A stretch of DNA of 64,000 nucleotides from NCBI GenBank assembly GCA_048882325.1, contig JBHLRS010000007.1, forward strand, positions 32,001-96,000, read 5' to 3'. Source of the DNA: Candidatus Thorarchaeota archaeon (GTDB lineage Archaea; Asgardarchaeota; Thorarchaeia; Thorarchaeales; Thorarchaeaceae). The translations under genes were made by a program, and so were the position numbers. This document shows, in pieces, positions 28,475 to 38,006 of the stretch (the stretch's first letter is position 1; each line of letters starts with the position of its first letter). Under the pieces are notes generated by a model. The model had not been told where the DNA came from, searched no databases, and worked only from the letters and a program-made list of their open reading frames with translations.

Positions 28475-30070
28475 TTACTCTTCAAGCTTTGAAATGAAGT
28501 CCTTGAAATACGGGCATAAACCCCCCATCCAATAGAGGTTTCCAAAGCACTCTTTTCGAAGTCCCAATCGCTCAACTCTGCACTCGAAGCTCTTCTCTCC
28601 ATCAAAGAAAACGCAGAGGTCACTATCTGACTTCGGGTCATCAAGGACCATTCTTCTTACTTCTTTCATTCTATTAAGTTCAGGAGAGTCTGACCATTCC
28701 TTGCTAGGACCCAGTTGTTTGCGAATGTGTGCTAGAAGTTTTTCATCGGGAGTCCTACCATCAGCCCAAAGTGTGACTAACTCACTGACATCTGCATTGA
28801 AACCATAGAGGAGATGATCAATATCTACTGAAACTTCTTTTGCTCTCCTGTATGCTGCTATTGCATCGTCATATCTCTGTAAAATGTAGTTTGCATCGCC
28901 TGCAAGAAACAGTGTGAGAGTCAATGTTGACCTCATTCCTGCTCCTTCTGCAAGTTGGGTAGCTTCATCGTAGAGCCTAATTGCTTCTTCAGTGTCACCT
29001 TTGCGAAGAGCAACATCACCAAGATTGACTGTGGCAGTGGCTATACCTCGCATGTATTCAGCTTCTTGACTGATTTCCAAAGCCCGTCGATTGTAAGTTT
29101 CCATCTGAGATATTTGGTCGAGGGCTCTGTCAATCTCCCCGACATTGATGAGCGTTGCGGCAAGTCCGACTTGATTGTTGAGTTGCTGTTGAATAATAAG
29201 CAATTCCTCGAACTGGTCTCGTGCCTCTTGGAGTCTACCCATGTTGAGGTGGATGACGCCTCGAAGTCGGCGGGCATCTGCAACACCTTGAAGATAACCC
29301 ATCCGCTCATAAGTCCGGAGAGCACTTGTTACTAGACTCAGAGCACGATCATGTTCGTAAAATTCCTCAAGTGCACGACCCCGATAAAATTTGATGTCTG
29401 TCAAAGCCAACTGATGATCAAGATGAGTAGCAGTATCCTGAGCTGAATCAAGCCTAATCAAAGCCTCCTCTCGAGATTCACCTGAAACCGAGATGAATGC
29501 AAGGATAATCCTCGGTCGTAGAAGAGCAGCTTGGACCATGTTACGGATGTTTGTATCCTTTGCAGTAGCTTGAGTGACTTTCTCAATGCTTTCAGACGCC
29601 ACCTCCCTAGCGTGATCTGTGTAGCCTAAATCAATCAGAACAGATGCTAATTGACCAGAAAGCTCTGCAAATGCAATGTAGTCTCTTGACTGCCAAGTCT
29701 GATTTGTTATGTTTCGGAGATTGTTCAACCAACGAGGATCAAGACTTTGTCTACAATATGCTGCAGCTGCATAACCCCTCGCAGTTAGGTTTGATTGGTC
29801 TTTAGCAAGGATCTGGTTGTATCCATACATACCCCTGAGAAAACTTGCTTTCGCACACATCGCGAGAAATGATGGAGTTCTATTCTTCCATTCACCACTT
29901 CCAACATATTCAATCAAAACATCCGTAAAGAGCATGAAACGGTCTTTGGTGGAACGAGATTGCATTCTGAGTCGATTACGTAGTTCATCAACCTCAGTAT
30001 CCTCTAATCCTGGTGTGTACATCATGAACTCTGGGATTACTGGATCGTCTTGCACTTTCTCATTCACCAT
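28475..30070 (-). CDS. TPR-repeat protein with C-terminal 4-Cys module
   Basis: Repeats such as GVADARRLRGVIHLNMGRLQEARDQFEE and GLAATLINVGEID; tail C-x10-C-x10-C-x10-C. Confidence 0.85.
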   Translation of the reverse strand: MVNEKVQDDPVIPEFMMYTPGLEDTEVDELRNRLRMQSRSTKDRFMLFTDVLIEYVGSGEWKNRTPSFLAMCAKASFLRGMYGYNQILAKDQSNLTARGYAAAAYCRQSLDPRWLNNLRNITNQTWQSRDYIAFAELSGQLASVLIDLGYTDHAREVASESIEKVTQATAKDTNIRNMVQAALLRPRIILAFISVSGESREEALIRLDSAQDTATHLDHQLALTDIKFYRGRALEEFYEHDRALSLVTSALRTYERMGYLQGVADARRLRGVIHLNMGRLQEARDQFEELLIIQQQLNNQVGLAATLINVGEIDRALDQISQMETYNRRALEISQEAEYMRGIATATVNLGDVALRKGDTEEAIRLYDEATQLAEGAGMRSTLTLTLFLAGDANYILQRYDDAIAAYRRAKEVSVDIDHLLYGFNADVSELVTLWADGRTPDEKLLAHIRKQLGPSKEWSDSPELNRMKEVRRMVLDDPKSDSDLCVFFDGEKSFECRVERLGLRKECFGNLYWMGGLCPYFKDFISKLEE

Positions 30071-30266
30071 TGTCTGGTGAGCCTGCTAGTTTCTGCTCCT
30101 CTATCGCTTCGCTGTCTATGGCTATCAAAAGGCTTCTAGTGGTTTTCTCCGCGAAGATGTGTGAAAGCAGAAATATAGGTTTCGAGGATGTATAGCGAGA
30201 ATATAATCGGGCGGTTCTTTCTTAAAAGTTAAAACGGGCAGTGGTATGAAATGGCTTGTGGTTCGC

Positions 30267-31022
30267 ATGCCTAAGACCCGAGTTAGTACAGGTGTCCCTG
30301 GTCTTGACGAGCTTCTAGAAGGGGGCTATGTTCAAGGAAGATCAACACTCCTAGCAGGAGGTCCAGGTACAGGAAAAAGTATCCTTACGTGGCATTTTCT
30401 GTTTGATGGTGTTGAGAAAGGCGAGAGTGGTTTATTGGTGTCCCTCGACCAGACAGCAGATATGATCGTTGAGGATATGTCTGATTTTGGATGGAACGCG
30501 AAGAAAAGGCTTGAATCTGGATCTTTAACTATACTTAGCGGCTCGCTTAATCTGGTTCCAACAGAGAAAAGCTACGAATATGTGATTGACTTTCATCATC
30601 CACTACTACGAGAGCAACCATTTACAGTTCCTAGATTAGCTGAACTCGTCCGAAAGAAAGCAGGAGAGGTAAACGCAAAAAGGATTGTTATTGATGGGTT
30701 GGGACCCCTACTAGAACTAGCTGGTAATCGTTCTGAGATACGTCAACTGGTGTATGGTTTCATCCGTGAGATTGTCGATTGGGAATCGACGATTATTCTG
30801 ACACATGAACTGAAAGCCAGTGAAACTGCCCAAAATGATGAGATGCCTTTCTTCATTTGCGATGGAGTTGTTGTTCTCAAAATGCTCTATACTGCAGGAG
30901 ATTATGTGCGAACGATTCGAGTAGTAAAAATGAGGGGTGCAAATCATGTCATGCGCCCGATTATGTTCAAGATTGGTCCAAATGGCATAGTAGCCTTCCC
31001 AGATGCACGTCTACCCGAATAG
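30267..31022 (+). CDS. Single-domain KaiC/RAD55-like ATPase
   Basis: VSTGVPGLDELLEGG, GPGTGKS, RIVIDG, CDGVVVL, RTIRVVKMRG. Confidence 0.92.
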   Translation: MPKTRVSTGVPGLDELLEGGYVQGRSTLLAGGPGTGKSILTWHFLFDGVEKGESGLLVSLDQTADMIVEDMSDFGWNAKKRLESGSLTILSGSLNLVPTEKSYEYVIDFHHPLLREQPFTVPRLAELVRKKAGEVNAKRIVIDGLGPLLELAGNRSEIRQLVYGFIREIVDWESTIILTHELKASETAQNDEMPFFICDGVVVLKMLYTAGDYVRTIRVVKMRGANHVMRPIMFKIGPNGIVAFPDARLPE

Positions 31023-31029
31023 ACTATGA

Positions 31030-31407
31030 TCAGTAAACTGGTTGCACCTTTCTCACTGTGTCAGTCATGTCATACATGCTGAATGGTTTTTGAAGAAACG
31101 CCCTAGCTCCCACAGCAAGGACAGTTTCACCCACACCATCTATCGGGTCTGATATTACCACTATAGCAATGATGGGGTCAATGTCAAGAATATCCTCTAT
31201 CAATCGCACTAGGTCCTTCTGGTCCATGTTGAAGTCGATAAGAACGACAGCTGGATTTTGATATTGACTCATGACTAACAGAGTCTGAGCGTCATCCGCC
31301 TCACCAATAACATCGAAACCTGCATCTTCAAGTGCCATTTTCAGAAGAACCCTGAGAAGCGGAACCTCCCCTGCAACTATAATACCAGAATGAGGAACTT
31401 CTGTCAG
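31030..31407 (-). CDS. Stand-alone receiver domain, atypical acidic pocket, probable CTG start
   Basis: The ORF track starts at 31338, but the frame is open to CTG 31407, adding the first beta strand (GIIVAGE instead of ILIVDD). VVLIDFNM, VISD and FLQKPF are retained. Confidence 0.75.
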   Translation of the reverse strand: MTEVPHSGIIVAGEVPLLRVLLKMALEDAGFDVIGEADDAQTLLVMSQYQNPAVVLIDFNMDQKDLVRLIEDILDIDPIIAIVVISDPIDGVGETVLAVGARAFLQKPFSMYDMTDTVRKVQPVY

Positions 31408-31445
31408 GTTAGTCCTGCCCCCTAGGATTTGATATTAAGACAGCT

Positions 31446-31808
31446 TCAGTCAGACACAGCACTCTCTACAAGGTCTAGCATATGACGTATTGTCACAGGC
31501 TTTAAACCAAAACTTGCAGCACCATTTCCCATTGCCTGCTCCCTCACGTTTGCATCAGCACTGATGAAAACTATCTTGGCCTTGGGATCAATATCAAGTA
31601 TCTCTTTCATGGTCTGCATGCCATCTTTGTTAGGCATTCTATGGTCTAGAATAATGACCTCAGGTTTAGGATCCAGAGCAACGAACTTGTCAACTGCTTC
31701 TGCGCCATCGTAGGCATCAGCCACAACCTCATGCCCCTTGATGCTGAAGACATCTTTGTAGAGCCTGTGAAGAATCGCCTCATCATCTACTATGAAGATT
31801 GTGACCAT
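31446..31808 (-). CDS. Stand-alone response-regulator receiver, canonical
   Basis: IFIVDDE, IILDHRMP, FISAD, LKPV; likely start ATG 31808. Confidence 0.92.
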   Translation of the reverse strand: MVTIFIVDDEAILHRLYKDVFSIKGHEVVADAYDGAEAVDKFVALDPKPEVIILDHRMPNKDGMQTMKEILDIDPKAKIVFISADANVREQAMGNGAASFGLKPVTIRHMLDLVESAVSD

Positions 31809-31919
31809 ATGCTTCTTCCAACCTTGGAATACTGTCATGCTCAGAACACAGAGAATGTCAATAAACGTTGGTTAGACGGCTATTGGTGTGCGACACTACT
31901 CTCTGTCCCTTACGACTGA

Positions 31920-32900
31920 GTCTTGTACATGTCGATAACAAAACTTGAGATATAAATGATATGTGACTATGTATTATCTAACAAATCCTATTGCTGGTAA
32001 GACCTAGCTAGAACGTCGTTGAGCCTCTCTCCATTAGACATTGATTTCATCTGAACAACTAGTGATCTAAATTTAGCACGCTTCACTCTGTCTAACTTTT
32101 AGTTTTCGAAAAATCGAAAGGTGATTCTGACTGAGTGACGATTTTTCGAAAGGTTTAACAATCTGAATATTGTTTTAATATTCGTTTGATTATTTGTCTT
32201 CACTTCCCCTATCAATTTCAATGATACAATTTTAGAGGAAGTTAGCTTGACACCAATCAGCTGATATGATCATTAATTACAACACTTGAACTTATACTTT
32301 CATAATCAAACCACCACATGTTTGAGCATATGCGGGTATGAGAGAAATCTATGTATTCATTTTCTAAATATAGATATTTCCCAAAGATGCGAGTGTGACA
32401 TACACTCATACTCAATATGCGTGTACTGCTACCTTTTGGGGTGAATAACCCTGCTTCTTTGTGATATTTTTTGATGAATGCTTCATATGATACGAGAAGT
32501 GAGTATATGAGAATGTAATCAATCTTGCCATTTTTTATGTAGTCAGGTCAAGCTAACACATGTTCTGGAGAACGAGTTACGAATGAGATTATATTAATCA
32601 TATGTTTGAATAAATGTGATTCCTTTATTAACCGTTATATGGTACAATATGTACCAAAAAACGGAACAATATTTAATTATATAAATAGTAAAAAGATTAG
32701 AAATTTGCTTGTATAAAATTTTCGAAAAACCGTCAAGGTTTGAGTGTAAAACTGAGTGATGGATAACCATCGTTAATTTGTAATACCCAAGTTAGATGGG
32801 CAAAAAATGCGCTCTTATTGTTGGAATCATTGATTACGATTACTCGACAATTGCCAATCTCCGCCAATTATGTTGGCCAATTTCCGCCTTCTAGAATAGC
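31920..32900. other. About 1-kb AT-rich non-coding segment with many inverted repeats (candidate origin or regulatory locus)
   Basis: No credible ORF. Inverted repeats at 32104-32151, 32165-32183, 32241/32557, 32391-32407 and 32632-32664; A/T-dominated tract 32668-32706. Confidence 0.5.
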
Positions 32901-32903
32901 TAG

Positions 32904-33995
32904 CTATACCTGCCTCTTTCTCTCTTCCGTGAATTTCTTGAACAAGTCACTAGTTGTTAAAGGCGGGACTTCTAGATTCTCTTTAGCAACTAAGGTTATT
33001 GCATGTTCTGGACAACCAACTACACAGTTACCGCACCCTATGCATCTTTTCTGATCTAGATAGGTAATATCATCTTCAAGTGTTATTGCTTCCATTTGAC
33101 ATCTCTCAATGCAAGTACCACAATCACTACAAAGTTCTGCATCAATTATAGCTTGGTAGTTGCTTGACGTATAGTCAGCTGGGTTAGGTAGACGTTTCAG
33201 ACTAACAATACCTCCACAACAACAAGAACAGCAACTACAGACGAAATCCATTTCTTGGGAATTATTAACTTGAAAGATCAGACCTTCCTCTTCGTTTTGT
33301 TTCAAATATCCAAGAGCCTCTTCTTTAGTAATCGCACGACCCCACCCCAATTCAGTGTACATTCGTGCCATCTCACCCATCCCCATGCATACTTCTCTTC
33401 GGTCGGTGACTTGGCATGGTTTGCTTCGGAGATCACTAGTTTGTCTACATATACAGTTGATAATTGAAAAGGGACCATTGGATTGTTCAAATAGCTCCTT
33501 GATATCATCATACCTGACAATAGGATTCTCATGTACTATTTCCACACCTACAGGAATAATACGTAACTGTCTAGTCCCGCGATTAGCATGTCCCCAAGCC
33601 TCCTTCACATATTGATCAAAGTCCTCTTGAAATTCTTTGGTTAATTTATTCACTTGAAACTCGTATATTCCAACGACAAGCAAGGCATTGGCATAGAATT
33701 TCGATCCATCTATTGTGTTGCCCAATATAGCTCCTTTCTTGATCATTTTATCCAAGCGCTCTTCCAATTCTTCTAATGAATATCCTAGATGTCGTAAGCG
33801 ATTATGGATGACTTCTAGTGATTCATAAGTATCGAATACTCCCGGATATCCGCAATTCAATCCTAGAGCAATCTCAGCCTCCTTCGGAGTAAATAGATGC
33901 TTAAGTAATCTAATTTCTACTCCAGACTCTGTTGCTGGAAATCGAAGAGGAAATCCATCAAAGTGCTCCTGCAATCGTCTGTAAATGTCTGTCAT
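32904..33995 (-). CDS. 4Fe-4S binding protein (N-terminal winged-helix-like region, Cys-rich middle, C-terminal 2x[4Fe-4S] ferredoxin)
   Basis: NCICR, VCSCCSCCCGG, CSDCGTCIERC, CIGCGNCVVGCP; likely start ATG 33995. Confidence 0.9.
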   Translation of the reverse strand: MTDIYRRLQEHFDGFPLRFPATESGVEIRLLKHLFTPKEAEIALGLNCGYPGVFDTYESLEVIHNRLRHLGYSLEELEERLDKMIKKGAILGNTIDGSKFYANALLVVGIYEFQVNKLTKEFQEDFDQYVKEAWGHANRGTRQLRIIPVGVEIVHENPIVRYDDIKELFEQSNGPFSIINCICRQTSDLRSKPCQVTDRREVCMGMGEMARMYTELGWGRAITKEEALGYLKQNEEEGLIFQVNNSQEMDFVCSCCSCCCGGIVSLKRLPNPADYTSSNYQAIIDAELCSDCGTCIERCQMEAITLEDDITYLDQKRCIGCGNCVVGCPEHAITLVAKENLEVPPLTTSDLFKKFTEERKRQV

Positions 33996-34237
33996 TTCAA
34001 ACCACGCGACTTGATGGATGTCTCTAGAACATTTCAATCTATTCTTGAGCATACTACTCAGGATATTACAAGGTCCAATATACAAGAGTGTACAGTATGC
34101 ATGTACAGTAAACGTTCTGTTTCACGGGTCCAGAAACAGAAGATAGACACTGGCCGGAGTTAGGGATCTCGTTATCCGATTGGGGATGCATTATCTCTAT
34201 TCATCCTCTCTCCTCCTTCGCAAAGATGTACTCCACA

Positions 34238-34351
34238 GATTAAGCGTGTACTCAATCGGAAATCGTGATTAAGCGTGTACCGGCTCTGAGAGAAACCCCG
34301 AGCTGGCCCGGGGTAAATCCACCTGCTGAAAAGATGCGGGCTGGTACACGC
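34238..34351. repeat. 14-bp direct repeat plus 14-bp stem enclosing a GC-rich hairpin
   Basis: GATTAAGCGTGTAC at 34238 and 34267; GCGTGTACCGGCTC (34273-86) pairs with GGGCTGGTACACGC (34338-51); inner ACCCCG/CGGGGT stem. Confidence 0.7.
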
Positions 34352-34528
34352 ACATGTTTCAGTTCTAATTGTGAGCATCCAAATTGTGAAAACGTACATT
34401 TAGTAATGTATCAATATCGAAATATGAGAAGTTTCCCTAGTTCGAAGCTTCCTCTGTGTATCTTTGAGATTTAACCCATTTCTTGATACTTATAACAAAT
34501 GGAGCGAATTCTATTCTGGCGACTCGAA

Positions 34529-35077
34529 ATGCAATACTTGGAAATCCTTCAACTGTTGGGAGACATTGTAACTGTTTTTGGAGTTCTAGCGGGATTCTCA
34601 TACTATGTGCTTACGGTGAGAGGAAATCGTAAATCAAGACAAACTGAAATGTTCATGAATCTCTATCAAACGAGTATCGATTCGGAGAGCTACAAGAAAT
34701 TCTGGGATCTAATGTCGACTCAATGGGAAGATATGGAAGACTACATGCAAAAATACGGGCCTTGGACACATCCGGATGAAGCAGCGAAAAGAATGTCTCA
34801 ATGGAGCATCTATGACGGTTTAGGGATACTGGTGAAGGAGAACACAGTGCACGCAGAAATGGTTCAACGAATGCTAGGGCTCAGAATTATCATGATGTGG
34901 CTAAAGTTTGAAACCATTATCAAAGAGCTCCGGAAGAAGGAGGTAGGAACCGGACCAGAGTATGGACCAGGATTAGATTTCATGGAGAATTTTGAGTGGC
35001 TTGCCAAAGAAATGATGAGAGTGAGAAGACAAAGTGGCTACTCAATACCTGTTCAACCAATTAATGATTATACATAG
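34529..35077 (+). CDS. N-terminally anchored hypothetical protein (DUF4760-like)
   Basis: One TM, then RQTEMFMNLY, YDGLGILVK, ENFEWLA. Confidence 0.65.
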   Translation: MQYLEILQLLGDIVTVFGVLAGFSYYVLTVRGNRKSRQTEMFMNLYQTSIDSESYKKFWDLMSTQWEDMEDYMQKYGPWTHPDEAAKRMSQWSIYDGLGILVKENTVHAEMVQRMLGLRIIMMWLKFETIIKELRKKEVGTGPEYGPGLDFMENFEWLAKEMMRVRRQSGYSIPVQPINDYT

Positions 35078-35140
35078 ACGTCATATATCACATTTCTAGC
35101 CAAGATTATTAGTACATCATGTAACTATAGAAGTATTCCA

Positions 35141-36343
35141 ATGACCGTTGATACTGAAGTTATCATTATAGGTGCTGGACCCGCGGGTCTCATTGCAGCC
35201 CGTCGACTAGAAGAGTTAGAGATCTCCTACACTCTCCTAAGCCGAGACACCTCTCCGGGAATCAACAAAGCATGCGGAGGTTACGTTCCAAGTCGTGCAC
35301 TGAAGGAGTTCAGCCTTCAGGGCATGCCAGGTGCATACCCTATTGAAACCATTCGGATGAAGTTTCCAGGACTTGCGTTGAAGGAAATCAAATTTGACAA
35401 TCCAGTCGGAGTAAACATTAGTAGAGAGAATCTTGGAAAGGCACTGCTCGAGAAAGTTACCCAAGAGAGTGGTGAAATTTGGCTCGATACAGAAAGCAAT
35501 TTTGTAGAAACTACAAAGGACTTAGTCATCATCCATTATACTAAGGATGATGTCAGAGATACCCTCTCCTGCAGGTTACTAATTGATGCCAGTGGTGCCA
35601 ATCCTGCGAGTCAGAGGACATTAATTGTGCGCCAGAGACCTCCAAACGACCAATTGGGCTACGCAGTTCAGTATCAAATGAAATGTGAAGACACATTACC
35701 AGGTGCGAATGACTTCTACTACGGGAGTGAGTTTTCACCAAGGGGCTACGCGTGGAATTTTCCAAGAAAAAAAGAAACAGTTGTAGGAACAGGTGGGATT
35801 GTGAACAAAGTTCGAGAAAGTAGTCGGAGGGTCATAGAATATCTCGACAATCTTGTCAATGATGTTGAACCTATCAGAACGGAGTTACAGGATGTTGGTG
35901 CAGCGGTTATAAGGAAAGAAGCCGCTCTCATGCCGTTGGCAGGCATTGTTAGCCCCTCTTTCGGACGCCGTATTCTCTTGGCTGGCGACGCAGCTTGTCA
36001 TTGTTCACCCATCTCTGGGGAAGGAATTCACTATTCCATGTTGGGAGGTCTCAAAGCAGCGGATGTTGCCGCGGGATGTGTGAAGAATAAAGACTACTCA
36101 GACAAAGCACTCTCCAAATATGAGAGCTTGTGGACCAAAGCATTTGGATCAGACTTGAAGTGGGGGCTCTGGCTTCAGAAGAGATTTCTTGATTCAGGGT
36201 CAAGCTCGATGGGTTCCACATTTCTTCGTTCAGAAAAGTCTACTCGTGTAATCGCAGAAATGCTAGCAGGGGTTCGTTCAGTGAGGAGTGCTATTCTTGC
36301 GGCTGCACCAGGCTATTTGATTTCGAAAATCAGGCGATCTTGA
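35141..36343 (+). CDS. Geranylgeranyl reductase family flavoprotein
   Basis: IIGAGPAG, KACGG, PRGYAWNFP, LAGDAA..SPISGEGI. Confidence 0.9.
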   Translation: MTVDTEVIIIGAGPAGLIAARRLEELEISYTLLSRDTSPGINKACGGYVPSRALKEFSLQGMPGAYPIETIRMKFPGLALKEIKFDNPVGVNISRENLGKALLEKVTQESGEIWLDTESNFVETTKDLVIIHYTKDDVRDTLSCRLLIDASGANPASQRTLIVRQRPPNDQLGYAVQYQMKCEDTLPGANDFYYGSEFSPRGYAWNFPRKKETVVGTGGIVNKVRESSRRVIEYLDNLVNDVEPIRTELQDVGAAVIRKEAALMPLAGIVSPSFGRRILLAGDAACHCSPISGEGIHYSMLGGLKAADVAAGCVKNKDYSDKALSKYESLWTKAFGSDLKWGLWLQKRFLDSGSSSMGSTFLRSEKSTRVIAEMLAGVRSVRSAILAAAPGYLISKIRRS

Positions 36344-36349
36344 AGATAG

Positions 36350-37477
36350 TTACTTCAAGGGGTATGTCCCTTTCTTTGCAGCGTAATCGTACAACTCCAA
36401 GATCTTCTCTGGAGTAGCCTCTAGCTGAAGATTGTGTGCGGGTGCTAGAATGTAGCCGCCACCATGCGCAAATGCATTAATGCGTGTATCGACTTCTGCT
36501 CGTACTTCATCGATTGTGCCTTTGGCTGCCATAACATGTTGGATGTCTATACCCCCATGAAATGTCAGTGTATCCCCATATTTCTTCTTGAGCTCAGCTG
36601 AGTCCATTCCCTTTGCAAGTGGTTGGACTGGATTTAGGATGTCCACTCCTACATCAATCAGGTCCTGTCCTAAAGGTTCTAGTGAACCGCAAGTGTGATG
36701 GAGGATCTTAACTTGTGGCGCTCTCCTGTGTATATCATCATAGACTCTCTTGTGTCGGTCTTTTACCATGCTCCTGTAGATTCGTGGGCTCATGACAAGT
36801 CCTTGCTGATGACCTAGGTCATCACCGAATTGAAAGATATCCAAGTATTCACCAACCTCGTCCAGAAACACACGGTTCATTTCCAGAGCTAATTTTGTGA
36901 TCTTTTCCAACATTGCTTCAGCCAGATCTGGTCGTCGAAGCATATCTCCAAGGAATCTCTCGAACCCTCTCATGAAGTGTGCAGCCATCTCAAAGATTCC
37001 CCAAGGACCTCCCCCATAACCAACGATTGCATAGTCTGTCTTCTCGTGTAGGTGTTTTGCTAGTTCTCTGACACCCTCCATCCTTGATGGGTCTTCAGGG
37101 TCGGGCCATTCAAACTCCTCTACTTGTTCCACTTCTGTGAAATCCGACCAGGGATTGTAGGTCGTTTCGGTATAGTGACCAACCACCTTCGAACCGTATC
37201 CGAATTCATCTTCCAAAGATCCATCTGGTAGCGGCTTAGGTTTAAACCCTGCAGCAGTTTTCATGTGGACGTGTCTGAAGTCTATGTTCAAACGCTTCAG
37301 TAATTCTTCTGACGTTTTCCATGGGGTGAACAGTCCCCACCTATGTGTTTCAGGAGCTTTGATTCCGAGGTGATTCCTTAGATTCTCGTATGCCTCATAT
37401 GTTGCCCAAAAATCCAGCGGAACTCGGTCAGGTTCCTCATGATTTACTGCTTTGTGAAATCTTTCTCTTGGCTTCAA
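36350..37477 (-). CDS. Uroporphyrinogen decarboxylase / MtaA-CmuA methyltransferase-like family
   Basis: EEPDRVP, GDDLG.Q, HTCG, NPVQP, FHGGID, GGYILAPAH. Confidence 0.88.
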   Translation of the reverse strand: MKPRERFHKAVNHEEPDRVPLDFWATYEAYENLRNHLGIKAPETHRWGLFTPWKTSEELLKRLNIDFRHVHMKTAAGFKPKPLPDGSLEDEFGYGSKVVGHYTETTYNPWSDFTEVEQVEEFEWPDPEDPSRMEGVRELAKHLHEKTDYAIVGYGGGPWGIFEMAAHFMRGFERFLGDMLRRPDLAEAMLEKITKLALEMNRVFLDEVGEYLDIFQFGDDLGHQQGLVMSPRIYRSMVKDRHKRVYDDIHRRAPQVKILHHTCGSLEPLGQDLIDVGVDILNPVQPLAKGMDSAELKKKYGDTLTFHGGIDIQHVMAAKGTIDEVRAEVDTRINAFAHGGGYILAPAHNLQLEATPEKILELYDYAAKKGTYPLK

Positions 37478-37658
37478 GGAACATCACCAGGTATCTAGTA
37501 ATACACAATTCCTGTTTAAATTGAGTTCGACTGCAATTCAATGAAAGGTTATACCTACTCAATTTACTCTCAATCATTTCTCCACTCTATGTCGTAGATG
37601 TAGTGTTCATAGCTGATAAACGATTTCGATGATTCATTGTATGGTTATATCAGATACT

Positions 37659-38006
37659 TTATATTGCGAAATGGTCAAAAATTTTTAGCGGATTTGCGAA
37701 AAATGCAATCCAATCGTGTATCGTTTGCGACTTCTGCGGAAGTTCTGACTGAAAGGGTGATTGAATGGCAAACCTCCACATGTACTTCAATAGGAAATTC
37801 TCCTCCTCCTTACGTGCAACTATCAAACATGTGGATCGCGGATATGCAATCGATAGACACGAAGTAGAACAAACCGCAAAACCGTGGAGCGAGCTCTTCG
37901 AACCGATGGGACCCGGATTGAAGAGCTCCACATCACCAACAGGTGAAACCATAACGAGATCGCTGGATCGGGATTTGAATTCATCGAACCAAGATAGGAA
38001 GGACAT
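37659..38006 (-). CDS. Hypothetical protein
   Basis: 115-aa ORF on the same strand as its neighbours; no motif; a competing + strand ORF exists. Confidence 0.35.
   Translation of the reverse strand: MSFLSWFDEFKSRSSDLVMVSPVGDVELFNPGPIGSKSSLHGFAVCSTSCLSIAYPRSTCLIVARKEEENFLLKYMWRFAIQSPFQSELPQKSQTIHDWIAFFANPLKIFDHFAI

Noticed and set aside
30267-31022. Circadian KaiC clock
   Set aside because: Single domain, DQ in place of the EE pair, no Ser/Thr at the KaiC phosphosite position (MPFFICD), no kaiA/kaiB.
34273-34351. TPP riboswitch or hammerhead ribozyme (CUGAGA word)
   Set aside because: Lacks the GAACCUGAUC..UAAU..GCG.AGG half of TPP and the CUGANGA/GAAA hammerhead core order.
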